From assembly GCA_964643745.1 (NCBI GenBank), contig CAZXTS010000001.1, positions 1 to 46,624 on the forward strand: a DNA stretch of 46,624 nt, read 5' to 3'. The stretch comes from an uncultured Chloracidobacterium sp. GTDB taxonomy: Bacteria; Acidobacteriota; Blastocatellia; Pyrinomonadales; Pyrinomonadaceae. How positions within the stretch are numbered: position 1 is the stretch's first letter; every line of letters begins with the position of its first letter. Positions 17,863 to 26,145 of the stretch are shown here, piece after piece. The notes beneath the pieces are model-generated. The model did no database searches and was not told the origin of the DNA. It worked only from the letters and a program-made list of their open reading frames with translations. The position numbers and the translations under genes were made by a program.

Positions 17863-18972
17863 ATGAGCGAATTGCAAAATCTAACAAGACGAGAGATGCT
17901 TCGCGGCCTGGCCTCGCTGGGGCTGGCGGCGGCGCTTTCGGGCCGGGGGCTTTCCGTTCCGCGGCGTGATGAGATCGAGATGTTGGTCCTCGGCGATTCG
18001 CTCATCTGGGGGCAGGGGCTTCGCGAGGAAGAGAAGTTTTACTATCTGACAAAGCGCTGGCTTGAGAACGACATTTTCAGAGGCAACGGCCGCGTCAACC
18101 TGACCGTAAAGGCCCACTCAGGCTCGACCATCAAGCTCGACCCCGACGAGCGGGTGGCGCTCGAACGTGGGAATCGTTCTGCTTTTGAGGAGCTTCATCC
18201 CGAGGTCAACGTCTCGTTCCCGACCATCGAAAAGCAGCTTAGGGCGGCCCATTCTGAGCATCGCGACCCGGCACGCGTTGACCTCATAATGGTGAGCGGC
18301 GGAATACCGGACGTCGGCGTCGCGAAGGTGATCAACCCGCTCGAAAGCAACAAGAAGCTCCGCCAGCGGATCGACCTTTATTGCCGCCGGCACATGGGTG
18401 AGCTTCTTTCCGAGGCCGCGACGTCGTTCCCGAATTCGCTCATCGTCCTCGTCGGTTATTATCCGATCATCACACGGCACACGCCGATGAAGCGGCTCGT
18501 CAACGACATAATGGAGCTTTACAGCGTTCCGGGTTGGGCAAAGCCGCCGATCAACAATCCGGCGACGCGTGCCATCTGGCGGCTTTGGCGGGGGAAGATG
18601 ATCAAGCGTTCGCGGATCTGGCTTGAGGATTCGAATGCGGCATTTACCTCGATCGTCGAAGGACTGAACTCCGCGTCCGACCGGCAGCGGGCCGTTTTTG
18701 TCCCTTCGCCAATCGATGAACGAGCAGCCTTTGGCACAAAGAATTCGCTGCTCTTTACCGTTGGCCGCAAGGGCCGCCCGGCGGACGCGATCGGCGAGAC
18801 CCGGCTCCGCGAATGCCCGCCTGCTCTTGCCGAACTTCGCCGCGATACCCGGTTAAAATACAGCAACCGCTTCTGCGAACTCGCCAGCGTCGGCCACCCA
18901 AATCCAGAAGGCTCAGCGGCGATCGCAGCCGCGATCCGCGAAAAGCTCGAGCCGCTGATCGCGACCCGCTAG
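17863..18972 (+). CDS. Tat-exported SGNH/GDSL-family hydrolase
   Basis: The internal ATG at 17863 gives the twin-arginine signal 'TRREMLRGLASLGLAAALSG'. Block I 'VLGDSLIWGQG' (GDSL) is present, and 'GHPN' near the C-terminus is consistent with the catalytic His block. Confidence 0.7.
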   Translation: MSELQNLTRREMLRGLASLGLAAALSGRGLSVPRRDEIEMLVLGDSLIWGQGLREEEKFYYLTKRWLENDIFRGNGRVNLTVKAHSGSTIKLDPDERVALERGNRSAFEELHPEVNVSFPTIEKQLRAAHSEHRDPARVDLIMVSGGIPDVGVAKVINPLESNKKLRQRIDLYCRRHMGELLSEAATSFPNSLIVLVGYYPIITRHTPMKRLVNDIMELYSVPGWAKPPINNPATRAIWRLWRGKMIKRSRIWLEDSNAAFTSIVEGLNSASDRQRAVFVPSPIDERAAFGTKNSLLFTVGRKGRPADAIGETRLRECPPALAELRRDTRLKYSNRFCELASVGHPNPEGSAAIAAAIREKLEPLIATR

Positions 18973-18976
18973 CCGA

Positions 18977-20881
18977 TCAACTTCCAATCTGTCCACCGTC
19001 GTCCTTTGTAATCACGATCAGTGCCGAACGCGGTCGGCCACCGGCGTCGCCCTCGGGCCAGGAGCTATAGCGTTTTGGGGCTGCGGCATCGTTACGGCTG
19101 CCTGGCGATTCGCCGGGATGCTGAATGCCGACGAACATCGTTTTCTCATCCGGCGTAACCATCACGCCCGTGACCTCGCAGACATTTGGCCCGGTGAGAA
19201 ATCGCCGCGTTTCTCGCGTAACCGGATCGGCACAGAGCATTTGATTGTTTCCAAATCCCTGATGTGCGCCGGTGCGGCTTTCGGGGTTGATGCCGCTTGC
19301 TGAAATGTCCGTTTGAATCCAAAGGCGGCCGCTCGGAGCGACATAAATACCGTCAGGTGAGCTGTATTTATCGCCTTTTATCGTTGAGCCGTGTGCAGAA
19401 TTCTCCGGGTCGCCGCATAGCGCGAAAAAGTCCCATTCAAATGTATCCTCGGTCCAATCCTTACGATGGAACCAGCGGACTATGTGGCCGTAAGAATTCG
19501 TGGCTCTTGGGTTGGCAGCGTCGGTTGCCGGATCGGACTCGCGGCCGCGGCGGGAATTGTTCGTCAGCGTCACGATGCCGGTGAGCGAATCGGGGAACGT
19601 GTCGATCCACTCGGGACGGTCCATCTTGGTCGCGCCGGCGAGGTCGGCAGCCTTGCGGACGTTGACCAATATTTCGGCGAGCGTCCAATCTCTAAGCACC
19701 GGGTTCGAGGGCGAAAGCTCAAGCCATTGGCCTTTGCCGTCGGCAGTGAAGTTGGCGACATAGAGCGTTCCATCTTCAAGCGGGTCGATACCGCGTTTGC
19801 GAGACTGCCGCCAGGGGAGCCGCGAGACATATCTGTATATATACTCGAATTGCTCGTCATCGCCGGAATAAACGACGACGCGTCCATCGCGAGCCTCCTG
19901 AACCTTTGCCCCTTCGTGCTTGAATCGGCCGAGCGACGTGTGTTTGACCGGGATCGATTTCGGTGCAAAGGGGTCGATCTCAACCACCCAGCCGAAGCGG
20001 TTCGCTTCATTGGGCTCGACGTTAGCGTCAAAACGCCTGTCGGTCGTATGCCAGAGATAACCGGGAATAGACGTGATCCCATAACGCGTCTCCGATTCGG
20101 TCCGGTCGCCGGTCTTGCGGAAATAGCCGTTGAAATTCTCTTCGCACGCGAGGTATGTTCCCCAGGGCGTCACGCCCATTGCACAGTTGTTTATCGTGCC
20201 GAGCACCTTCGTCCCGGTCGGATCGGCGGAGGTTTTAAGCGACGTGTGTCCAGCTGCCGGGCCGGAGATCTTCATCGGCGTCTGTCCGGTAATCCGGCGA
20301 GCGAACCGCGACGGGCGGACGACGCTCCAATCTTTGCCGTTCGCGTTTTGCCTTATTTCGATTATAGAAACGCCGTGGGCATTCTGCGATTTTGCGGTCT
20401 TCTCGGCGTTCCAGTTCGCCATACCATCCGGAAAAAGAAGTACGTCGTCGGTGTATTCATGGTTTTGTACCAACAAACCATGACGCGAGCGATCGATCGG
20501 GAAATAGATGAGGCCATCGTTATGCATTCCCCATTGAAGCGATTGATCGGCTGCGGAATTGCTCGCCTCGGGCTTAAACGCCGGACCGTTCGATATAGGG
20601 TCGCCCCACATTATCAACACTTTCGCCGTGTAGCCCTCGGGGACGATAAGGCGATCTTGCTCGGATGGCGCGATCGCCTTGAACCCGAGAAGCGAACCAT
20701 GGAGCTCCGCGGCCTGGGCCGAAACCGGGATCGCATTCACGAGCGAGCCGGCACCCGGAACAAGCGCGGCAGCACCGGTCGCGAGCGCGAGGCCGACAAG
20801 TCTACGCCGAGAGAGAAACGCATAGGCAATATCTTCAAACAACTCATTTGCAGACGGATTTACACCTATATCTTCACTCAC
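18977..20881 (-). CDS. phoX: Tat-exported PhoX-family alkaline phosphatase (DUF839)
   Basis: Twin-arginine signal 'SRRRLVGLALATGAAALVP'. The beta-propeller body carries PhoX-typical blocks ('HNDGL', 'NCAMGVTPWGTYL', 'FGWVVEIDP', 'MDRPEW', 'MLCADP'). The start is reassigned to the GTG at 20881, preceded by AAGGAG with 9-nt spacing. The longer track ORF would overlap mnmA. Confidence 0.85.
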   Translation of the reverse strand: MSEDIGVNPSANELFEDIAYAFLSRRRLVGLALATGAAALVPGAGSLVNAIPVSAQAAELHGSLLGFKAIAPSEQDRLIVPEGYTAKVLIMWGDPISNGPAFKPEASNSAADQSLQWGMHNDGLIYFPIDRSRHGLLVQNHEYTDDVLLFPDGMANWNAEKTAKSQNAHGVSIIEIRQNANGKDWSVVRPSRFARRITGQTPMKISGPAAGHTSLKTSADPTGTKVLGTINNCAMGVTPWGTYLACEENFNGYFRKTGDRTESETRYGITSIPGYLWHTTDRRFDANVEPNEANRFGWVVEIDPFAPKSIPVKHTSLGRFKHEGAKVQEARDGRVVVYSGDDEQFEYIYRYVSRLPWRQSRKRGIDPLEDGTLYVANFTADGKGQWLELSPSNPVLRDWTLAEILVNVRKAADLAGATKMDRPEWIDTFPDSLTGIVTLTNNSRRGRESDPATDAANPRATNSYGHIVRWFHRKDWTEDTFEWDFFALCGDPENSAHGSTIKGDKYSSPDGIYVAPSGRLWIQTDISASGINPESRTGAHQGFGNNQMLCADPVTRETRRFLTGPNVCEVTGVMVTPDEKTMFVGIQHPGESPGSRNDAAAPKRYSSWPEGDAGGRPRSALIVITKDDGGQIGS

Positions 20882-21042
20882 TATCGATTGCTCCTTAATT
20901 GTTAACGGATGAAACGTACGGATACCTTCTTTGTATTCTATCAACCTTACGATTATGTTAAGTCCGGTTAGGTTGCCGCAAGGCCGCGAGCGCGTGGTGA
21001 AAACACTTGAATTGTGGAGATCGAACTGTATCCTAGAAAGAG

Positions 21043-22185
21043 ATGAAGATCGCGGTAGCAATGAGCGGCGGCGTCGATAGTTCGGCGGCGGCTGCGTTAT
21101 TAACAGAGCAGGGGCACGACCTCGTCGGCTTTACCATGCAGCTTTGGAACCAGCGGCGGCATGTGAGCGTTGATGAGAACGGCGACCCGCTGCCATCGCG
21201 TTGCTGTTCGCTTGATGACGTTTACGACGCACGGCGGGTGGCCGATAAGCTCGGCTTTCCGTTCTATGTGCTCAACCTTGAGAAGGACTTTGACCGCGAC
21301 GTTGTCGAGCCCTTTATCCAGAGCTATCTTTCGGGCGAGACGCCGATTCCCTGCGTTGCCTGCAACTCGCGGCTGAAGTTTGCCTCGCTTGACCGAATGG
21401 CCGTCTCGCTTGGCTGCGACAAGGTCGCGACCGGACATTATGCCCGCGTGGAATATGACGAAAAGTCCGATAGGTATCGATTGTTTCGCGGTAAGAATCA
21501 TTGGAAAGACCAGAGCTATTTCCTCTGGGAGTTGACCCAGGACCAGCTCTCGCGGGCATACTTTCCCCTCGGCGAGATGCTCAAGAGCGAGGTCCGCGAC
21601 ATTGCCCGCGACGCGAAGCTCAACACCGCCGAGAAGCAGGAATCGCAGGAGATCTGCTTTGTCCCGGATGGCAAATATTCGGAGTTCATCGATCGCTTTT
21701 TGGAGCACGAGGGCCGAGAGACCGAGATTCCCGACGGCGGCGAGATCGTAAACGCCGCCGGTGAAAAGCTCGGCGAGCACACGGGCATTCACCGCTACAC
21801 TGTCGGCCAGCGGCGGGGGCTCGGAATTGCGCACGAGAAGCCGCTCTATGTCGTCCAGATCGAACGTGCCCGCAACCAGATAATCGTCGGCGAGGCGGAC
21901 GAGCTGGATACGATGGAGTTCACGGCAAAGGGCGTAAATTGGGTCGCATATGAACAACCCACCGAACCGGTGCGAGCACTCGTCAAGGTTCGATATCGGC
22001 ACGACCCGGCAATCGCAACCATTCACGCACTTCCGGATGCCCACGCACGCATCGTTTTCGACGAACCGCAGCGGGCCATAACCCCCGGCCAGGCGACCAT
22101 CTTTTACGACACCGCCACCGGCGAAGAGGTCATCGGCGGAGGCTGGATCGTGCGTAGTCAGCCGACTCAGTCGATCGTATCCTAG
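21043..22185 (+). CDS. mnmA: tRNA 2-thiouridine(34) synthase
   Basis: PP-loop 'AMSGGVDSS', the catalytic Cys region 'PCVACN' and 'ATGHYAR' show full-length collinearity with MnmA. Confidence 0.92.
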   Translation: MKIAVAMSGGVDSSAAAALLTEQGHDLVGFTMQLWNQRRHVSVDENGDPLPSRCCSLDDVYDARRVADKLGFPFYVLNLEKDFDRDVVEPFIQSYLSGETPIPCVACNSRLKFASLDRMAVSLGCDKVATGHYARVEYDEKSDRYRLFRGKNHWKDQSYFLWELTQDQLSRAYFPLGEMLKSEVRDIARDAKLNTAEKQESQEICFVPDGKYSEFIDRFLEHEGRETEIPDGGEIVNAAGEKLGEHTGIHRYTVGQRRGLGIAHEKPLYVVQIERARNQIIVGEADELDTMEFTAKGVNWVAYEQPTEPVRALVKVRYRHDPAIATIHALPDAHARIVFDEPQRAITPGQATIFYDTATGEEVIGGGWIVRSQPTQSIVS

Positions 22186-22195
22186 AGGTTAGACA

Positions 22196-22744
22196 TTGAT
22201 AATACGAACAGAGCGACTAGTTTTGCGAGACTTTCATCTGGCCGACACGTCCGCTTATCAGGCACTATGCTCCCATAGTGAATTTCAGAGATTCTATTCA
22301 GAAGAAGAAGCGGAACCGGAGAAGTTAAAACAGCGCGTGGCCATGTTCATAGGCTGGGCCGGCGAATTACCCAGAAGTAAAGCCCAACTTGCGATTGTCG
22401 ATGATCACGGGACATTGATCGGCTCATGCGGTGTTCGTGTCGTTTCAGCTGATGAAAAACAGGGCACCTTCGGCTGCGAGCTTGGCACCGCTCATTGGGG
22501 TAAGGGCTATGCACTTGAGGCAGCGACGGCCATCATACAGTACGGCTTATCTAATTTCGCACTGCATCGAATATATGCAGAAACAAACTCTGAAAATGTG
22601 GCTGCCATTGCATTAGCTCAACGCTTAGGTTTTCGGGTCGAGGGCGAGCTGCGGGAAAACCGATGGTTCCGCGGGCGCTGGTGGAACACAACTATTCTCT
22701 CGGTACTAGTAACTGAATGGGAGCAAAAGAGCGTCAGTTATTGA
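22196..22744 (+). CDS. GNAT-family N-acetyltransferase (RimJ/RimL-like)
   Basis: 'TERLVLRDF' N-terminus, and 'WGKGYALEA' and 'HRIYAET...N..A..L..RLGF' blocks typical of Acetyltransf_3. TTG start with GAGGT upstream. Confidence 0.8.
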   Translation: MIIRTERLVLRDFHLADTSAYQALCSHSEFQRFYSEEEAEPEKLKQRVAMFIGWAGELPRSKAQLAIVDDHGTLIGSCGVRVVSADEKQGTFGCELGTAHWGKGYALEAATAIIQYGLSNFALHRIYAETNSENVAAIALAQRLGFRVEGELRENRWFRGRWWNTTILSVLVTEWEQKSVSY

Positions 22745-22775
22745 AATGACGAGAGACGATCTAAAATAAGGAAGT

Positions 22776-22964
22776 ATGCCAACACCAAAAAAACGACCCA
22801 GCAAGGCAGCGAAGTCTGCGAAGAGAATTCTGGAAGCATCGAAACTGCTAAACGAGAAGGCCGAGCGCGATCAGCAGAGCGGTTCCGAGTTCAAGGAATC
22901 GGTCGTGACGCCGCGTTCCAACAAAGCGGCGATGAAGCCGCGGCCGGACAAGAAGCGCGGGTAG
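22776..22964 (+). CDS. Small lysine/arginine-rich hypothetical protein
   Basis: 62-aa ORF with an AAGGAAG SD-like element 3 nt upstream of the ATG. The composition is low-complexity and basic, with no homology recognised. It might be non-coding. Confidence 0.35.
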   Translation: MPTPKKRPSKAAKSAKRILEASKLLNEKAERDQQSGSEFKESVVTPRSNKAAMKPRPDKKRG

Positions 22965-22971
22965 CGAACCG

Positions 22972-23568
22972 ATGAAGAAGGCCGAGCTTCGCAGGCTTTA
23001 TCTTGATAAGCGGCGTGCGCTTTCGCCGGGCGAGGTTGCCCGGATGAGCTCGCAGATCGCCGAGCGGTTCTTCAATGAGGTGGACCTTGCGGCGGTCAAA
23101 ACGCTCCACACCTTTATCCGCATCGCAAAGTTCAACGAGTTTGACACCTCGATGATCTACTACCGCATCTGGCACGAGCGGCGGGGCATCGCGACCTTTG
23201 CCCCGGTTACGGACCGAGAGACCGGCGAGCTTGAGGCCCGCTATTTCGACGATGCGGTCGCGCTTACAGAAAACGATTGGGGCATCCGCGAGCCCGCGGG
23301 CACGGAAAAGGCCGATCCTACGGAGATCGACCTTGTTATCGTACCGCTGCTTTGTTTTGATGAAAGCGGGCATCGCGTCGGCTACGGCAAGGGATTCTAC
23401 GACCGCTTTCTTGCCCGCTGCCGGCCGGATTGTTTAAAGGTAGGCGTCAGCCTTTTTCCGCCCGTCGCGGCGATAGACGATATCCACGACTTGGACGTCC
23501 CGCTCGACCTATGCATCACACCCGACCGTACTTACCGATTTGACGAACCACACGGGTACGTGAACTAG
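22972..23568 (+). CDS. 5-formyltetrahydrofolate cyclo-ligase
   Basis: 'KAELRRLYLDKRRALS' N-terminus, 'EPAG', 'DLVIVPLLCFDESGHRVGYGKGFYDRFL', the canonical 5-FTHF cyclo-ligase signature. Confidence 0.85.
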   Translation: MKKAELRRLYLDKRRALSPGEVARMSSQIAERFFNEVDLAAVKTLHTFIRIAKFNEFDTSMIYYRIWHERRGIATFAPVTDRETGELEARYFDDAVALTENDWGIREPAGTEKADPTEIDLVIVPLLCFDESGHRVGYGKGFYDRFLARCRPDCLKVGVSLFPPVAAIDDIHDLDVPLDLCITPDRTYRFDEPHGYVN

Positions 23569-23665
23569 TGCTCCATGTTTCCCAAGAGGTCTGGACTTAA
23601 TAGCCGCCGAGCGGAACGACTTTGCTTTCGTCGCGATCGCTAGAGATCAACCGTCTGTGTCTTTA

Positions 23666-23723
23666 TCTGTGAATTCTGTGGTTGTGCCTTTTCGCCGATA
23701 TTTACGACCACAGAAATCACAGA
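23666..23723. repeat. Imperfect palindrome (17-nt arms, 24-nt loop) between convergent genes
   Basis: TCTGTGAATTCTGTGGT (23666-23682) pairs with ACCACAGAAATCACAGA (23707-23723), 16/17 complementary. A third TCTGTG copy lies at 23654-23659. It shares the 8-mer GAAATCAC with element A. Confidence 0.7.
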
Positions 23724-23821
23724 ACCGAAACCGAACCATACAGATGATATGTCTTTCTTTCGCCTCCGGCCTGGTGGTAAGGGCAAAGGCGAACAAACTA
23801 CACCACCCTCTCTGTCAAACT

Positions 23822-24235
23822 CTATTTCGCCTTAAGGATATCGCGTATTTCGGTCAGGAGCGTTTCCTCTGCCGATGGTTCGGCCTCGGCCTCAAGTCCC
23901 TTGAAAAGGCCGATCGCATATTTTGCTAAAAGGAACATCACGAATGCGACGATCAGGAATGTGACGATCTCGTTGATGAATTGGCCGTAAAGGATCAGCG
24001 GTTGTTTGGCGGCCTGTGCGGCGGCGATCTGCTCGGGGGTCGAGACCGGCATGTCACCGAGGTTGATCACCTTGCTGGAAAAATCGATGCCGCCCGTCAG
24101 CAAACCGACTACCGGCATTATGAGTCCGTCCGTGAAGCTTTTTACGACCGCGCCGAAGGCCGCTCCGATGATAACGGCGATCGCGAGGTCGAGCACATTT
24201 CCGCGGGCAATAAATTGCTTGAATTCGCTTAACAT
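23822..24235 (-). CDS. mscL: Large-conductance mechanosensitive channel
   Basis: 'FKQFIARGNVLDLAIAVIIGAAFGAVVKSFTDGLIMP' is the canonical MscL N-terminus/TM1. The start is set to the ATG at 24235. Confidence 0.9.
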   Translation of the reverse strand: MLSEFKQFIARGNVLDLAIAVIIGAAFGAVVKSFTDGLIMPVVGLLTGGIDFSSKVINLGDMPVSTPEQIAAAQAAKQPLILYGQFINEIVTFLIVAFVMFLLAKYAIGLFKGLEAEAEPSAEETLLTEIRDILKAK

Positions 24236-24249
24236 ATAGCTACATTTCT

Positions 24250-24283
24250 CCAAAAAAATAACGGCGGCCAAGAGAGCCGCCCT
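24250..24283 (-). terminator. Rho-independent terminator of the bactofilin gene
   Basis: On the minus strand, GGCGGC-TCTCTTG-GCCGCC is followed by GTTATTTTTTT, 21 nt after the stop. Confidence 0.6.
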
Positions 24284-24303
24284 CTGTTATAAAACGCAAG
24301 ACC

Positions 24304-24993
24304 CTAAACCTTAGCAGATTCAGTTTTTGCCTTATCGTCATCTTTTGGAGCGGATGACGTCGAGGTTGCAGAACTTCCACTTGCCGCAGTGCTGCTTGAG
24401 TACGGTGACGACGAGGAGGACGCCGGGCTAGCTATTGGCGTTGAACTCGAATAGGAGGGTGCGCTAGTCGCGGTGGCAGATGCCTTCTCCTTTTCTGAAC
24501 GAGCCTTCAGCATCGTACAGCCGCCTTCAAACACGGCGCCTTCTTCGATGATCAATTTCGGCGTTGAGATATTTCCGACCAACTTCGCTGTGCGGCCAAG
24601 ATGAACCTTATCCGTTGCGTGGACATCGCCGTTTACGGTGCCGTTTACGGTAGCAACGCCAACATTTACATTTGCGTCAAGCTCGCCGCTGTTGCCAACG
24701 ATAAGCGTGCCGCCATCTGACGTAACGCTGCCGGTAAGGTGGCCGTCAACGCGGAGCATCATCTGAAACGATGTATCACCGGTCAACGATGTACCATGTC
24801 CGACAAAGCCACTTAACTTACCTTCCTTGATATCGCGAGCAATATTCTCGCTGTCCGTCGAAGGCTTTGAGATCGTGTTAGGCGCGTCGCTGCCGTATTG
24901 ATGTGAACTTGTCGTAACCGGTGAGGGGGAACTCGATTGAAAATCCGGGGCATCTGAGGTTTCAGTTTTGGACTTATTTCCCATTCTGATCAT
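24304..24993 (-). CDS. Bactofilin-family polymer-forming cytoskeletal protein
   Basis: The DUF583 beta-helix core 'GTSLTGDTSFQMMLRVDGHLTGSV...VNGTVNGDVHATDKVHLGRTAKLVGNISTPKLIIEEGAVFEG' is flanked by Ser/Ala-rich tails. The ATG at 24993 is preceded by AAGGAGA with 9-nt spacing. Confidence 0.85.
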   Translation of the reverse strand: MIRMGNKSKTETSDAPDFQSSSPSPVTTSSHQYGSDAPNTISKPSTDSENIARDIKEGKLSGFVGHGTSLTGDTSFQMMLRVDGHLTGSVTSDGGTLIVGNSGELDANVNVGVATVNGTVNGDVHATDKVHLGRTAKLVGNISTPKLIIEEGAVFEGGCTMLKARSEKEKASATATSAPSYSSSTPIASPASSSSSPYSSSTAASGSSATSTSSAPKDDDKAKTESAKV

Positions 24994-25217
24994 AAGACGT
25001 TGTCTCCTTTCGGGTTTGTAATTACATTTGAGGCAGCAAAAAAAGTCCGGGGCGGACAAGTTAGATCTTGATCGAAAACCAAGGCTCGTAAAAAAAACCG
25101 TAAGCGTCGAAAAAGTGCCTGCAAAAAGATGATAAACGAGAGCAGAGCATGCTGTCTAGTTAATTCAACCAAGTTGAATTTCAAGCTTTCACGTGTAACA
25201 ATCAAGGGTTTCGGCAA

Positions 25218-26138
25218 TTGCCGCTTTTTATGTTCGTTGAGACTAAGACAAAAACCCGCCTGCTTAAGAAAATGGGCAAGGCGATCGGCGACTTCGGAAT
25301 GATCTCCGAGGGCGACAAGGTGATGGTCTGTCTTTCGGGCGGAAAGGACAGCTACACGATGCTTGACCTGCTTCTCGACGTGCAAAAGCGTGCACCGGTG
25401 AACTTTGAGCTGTTCGCCGTTAATCTCGATCAAAAGCAGCCCGATTTTCCCGAAAACGTTTTGCCTGAATATCTTGAAGATCTGGGCGTACAGTACCGAA
25501 TCGTTGAAGAGGATACTTATTCGATCGTTACCAAACACATTCCCGAAGGCCAAACGTATTGCTCGCTGTGCTCACGCCTTCGCCGCGGCATTCTTTACAA
25601 CGTCGCGGTCGAGGAACGCTGTACAAAAATCGCGCTTGGCCACCACGGCGACGACATTATCAACACATTTCTGCTCAATCTGTTCTTTGTCGGCCAGTTG
25701 AAGGCGATGCCGCCGATACTCCGCAGTGACGACGGCCGCAACACGATCATCCGCCCGCTCGCGTATTGCCAAGAATCGGACATCGTCTCCTATGCAGCCG
25801 AAAAGCAGTTCCCCATCATTCCGTGCAATCTCTGCGGATCGCAGCCGAACCTGAAACGTGCCCGCGTGAAACGCCTGATAACCGAGCTCGCGGCCGAGAT
25901 CCCATCGCTTCGCCAATCGATCTTGACCGCATTGACGAACGTCACGGGCTCGCACCTGCTCGATCCTGAACTCTACGATTTCCGCAATTTCGAACCACTC
26001 GTCAAAAAGATACCGGCCGGCCACGGCTCGGTCGAAAAAGAGCTCGACGACGTATTCGACCACAGCGAACCCGAGTTTGCCCCGAACCTGATGGCTGCCG
26101 CGGGCCTTACGCAGGTAAACGAAACGTTTCAGATCTGA
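25218..26138 (+). CDS. ttcA: tRNA 2-thiocytidine(32) synthetase
   Basis: PP-loop 'CLSGGKDS', Fe-S Cys motifs '[10 protein letters not shown]' and 'PCNLCGSQ'. The track start is a TTG at 25218. An ATG at 25230 is equally plausible. Confidence 0.9.
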   Translation: MPLFMFVETKTKTRLLKKMGKAIGDFGMISEGDKVMVCLSGGKDSYTMLDLLLDVQKRAPVNFELFAVNLDQKQPDFPENVLPEYLEDLGVQYRIVEEDTYSIVTKHIPEGQTYCSLCSRLRRGILYNVAVEERCTKIALGHHGDDIINTFLLNLFFVGQLKAMPPILRSDDGRNTIIRPLAYCQESDIVSYAAEKQFPIIPCNLCGSQPNLKRARVKRLITELAAEIPSLRQSILTALTNVTGSHLLDPELYDFRNFEPLVKKIPAGHGSVEKELDDVFDHSEPEFAPNLMAAAGLTQVNETFQI

Positions 26139-26145
26139 GGCCGAT

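Noticed and set aside
19493-19510. A third partial copy of the repeat-arm sequence (AATTCGTGGCT) inside phoX, and ATTCGTGG inside the TPR gene near 11383.
   Set aside because: These are single half-sites of 8-11 nt inside coding sequence, without the tandem heptamer or an inverted partner. That is within chance expectation, about 0.1 occurrences for a 10-mer in this window.
19466-20905. Very long antisense ORFs opposite real genes. Examples are 479 aa opposite phoX, 314 aa (21100..22044) opposite mnmA, 297 aa (6197..7090) exactly matching the length of the nuclease gene, 231 aa (25572..26267) opposite ttcA and 238 aa (27248..27964) opposite plsC-like/recR.
   Set aside because: For the three I checked (phoX, mnmA, nuclease), the antisense ORF is in the codon-aligned frame: the lowest coordinates are congruent mod 3. 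Stops in that frame arise only from sense TTA/CTA/TCA codons, which GC-leaning genes avoid. The translations are Arg/Ser/Pro-rich low complexity, lack SD sequences and lack any motifs. The sense strands carry unmistakable family signatures.
22745-22971. Possible 6S RNA (ssrS). In many proteobacteria ssrS lies immediately upstream of the 5-formyl-THF cyclo-ligase gene, and this 227-nt gap has about the right size.
   Set aside because: I could not find the long-range 5'/3' complementarity needed for the extended 6S hairpin. Only a small local hairpin is present (GCGGC-GATGAA-GCCGC). The region also holds a 62-aa ORF with an SD-like AAGGAAG. An Infernal scan with the Rfam 6S model would settle it.
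23657-23929. 90-aa ORF in the long convergent spacer between the cyclo-ligase gene and mscL.
   Set aside because: It reads through the palindromic element and then runs antisense into mscL. It has no SD, and its translation has no recognisable features. It is treated as non-coding.
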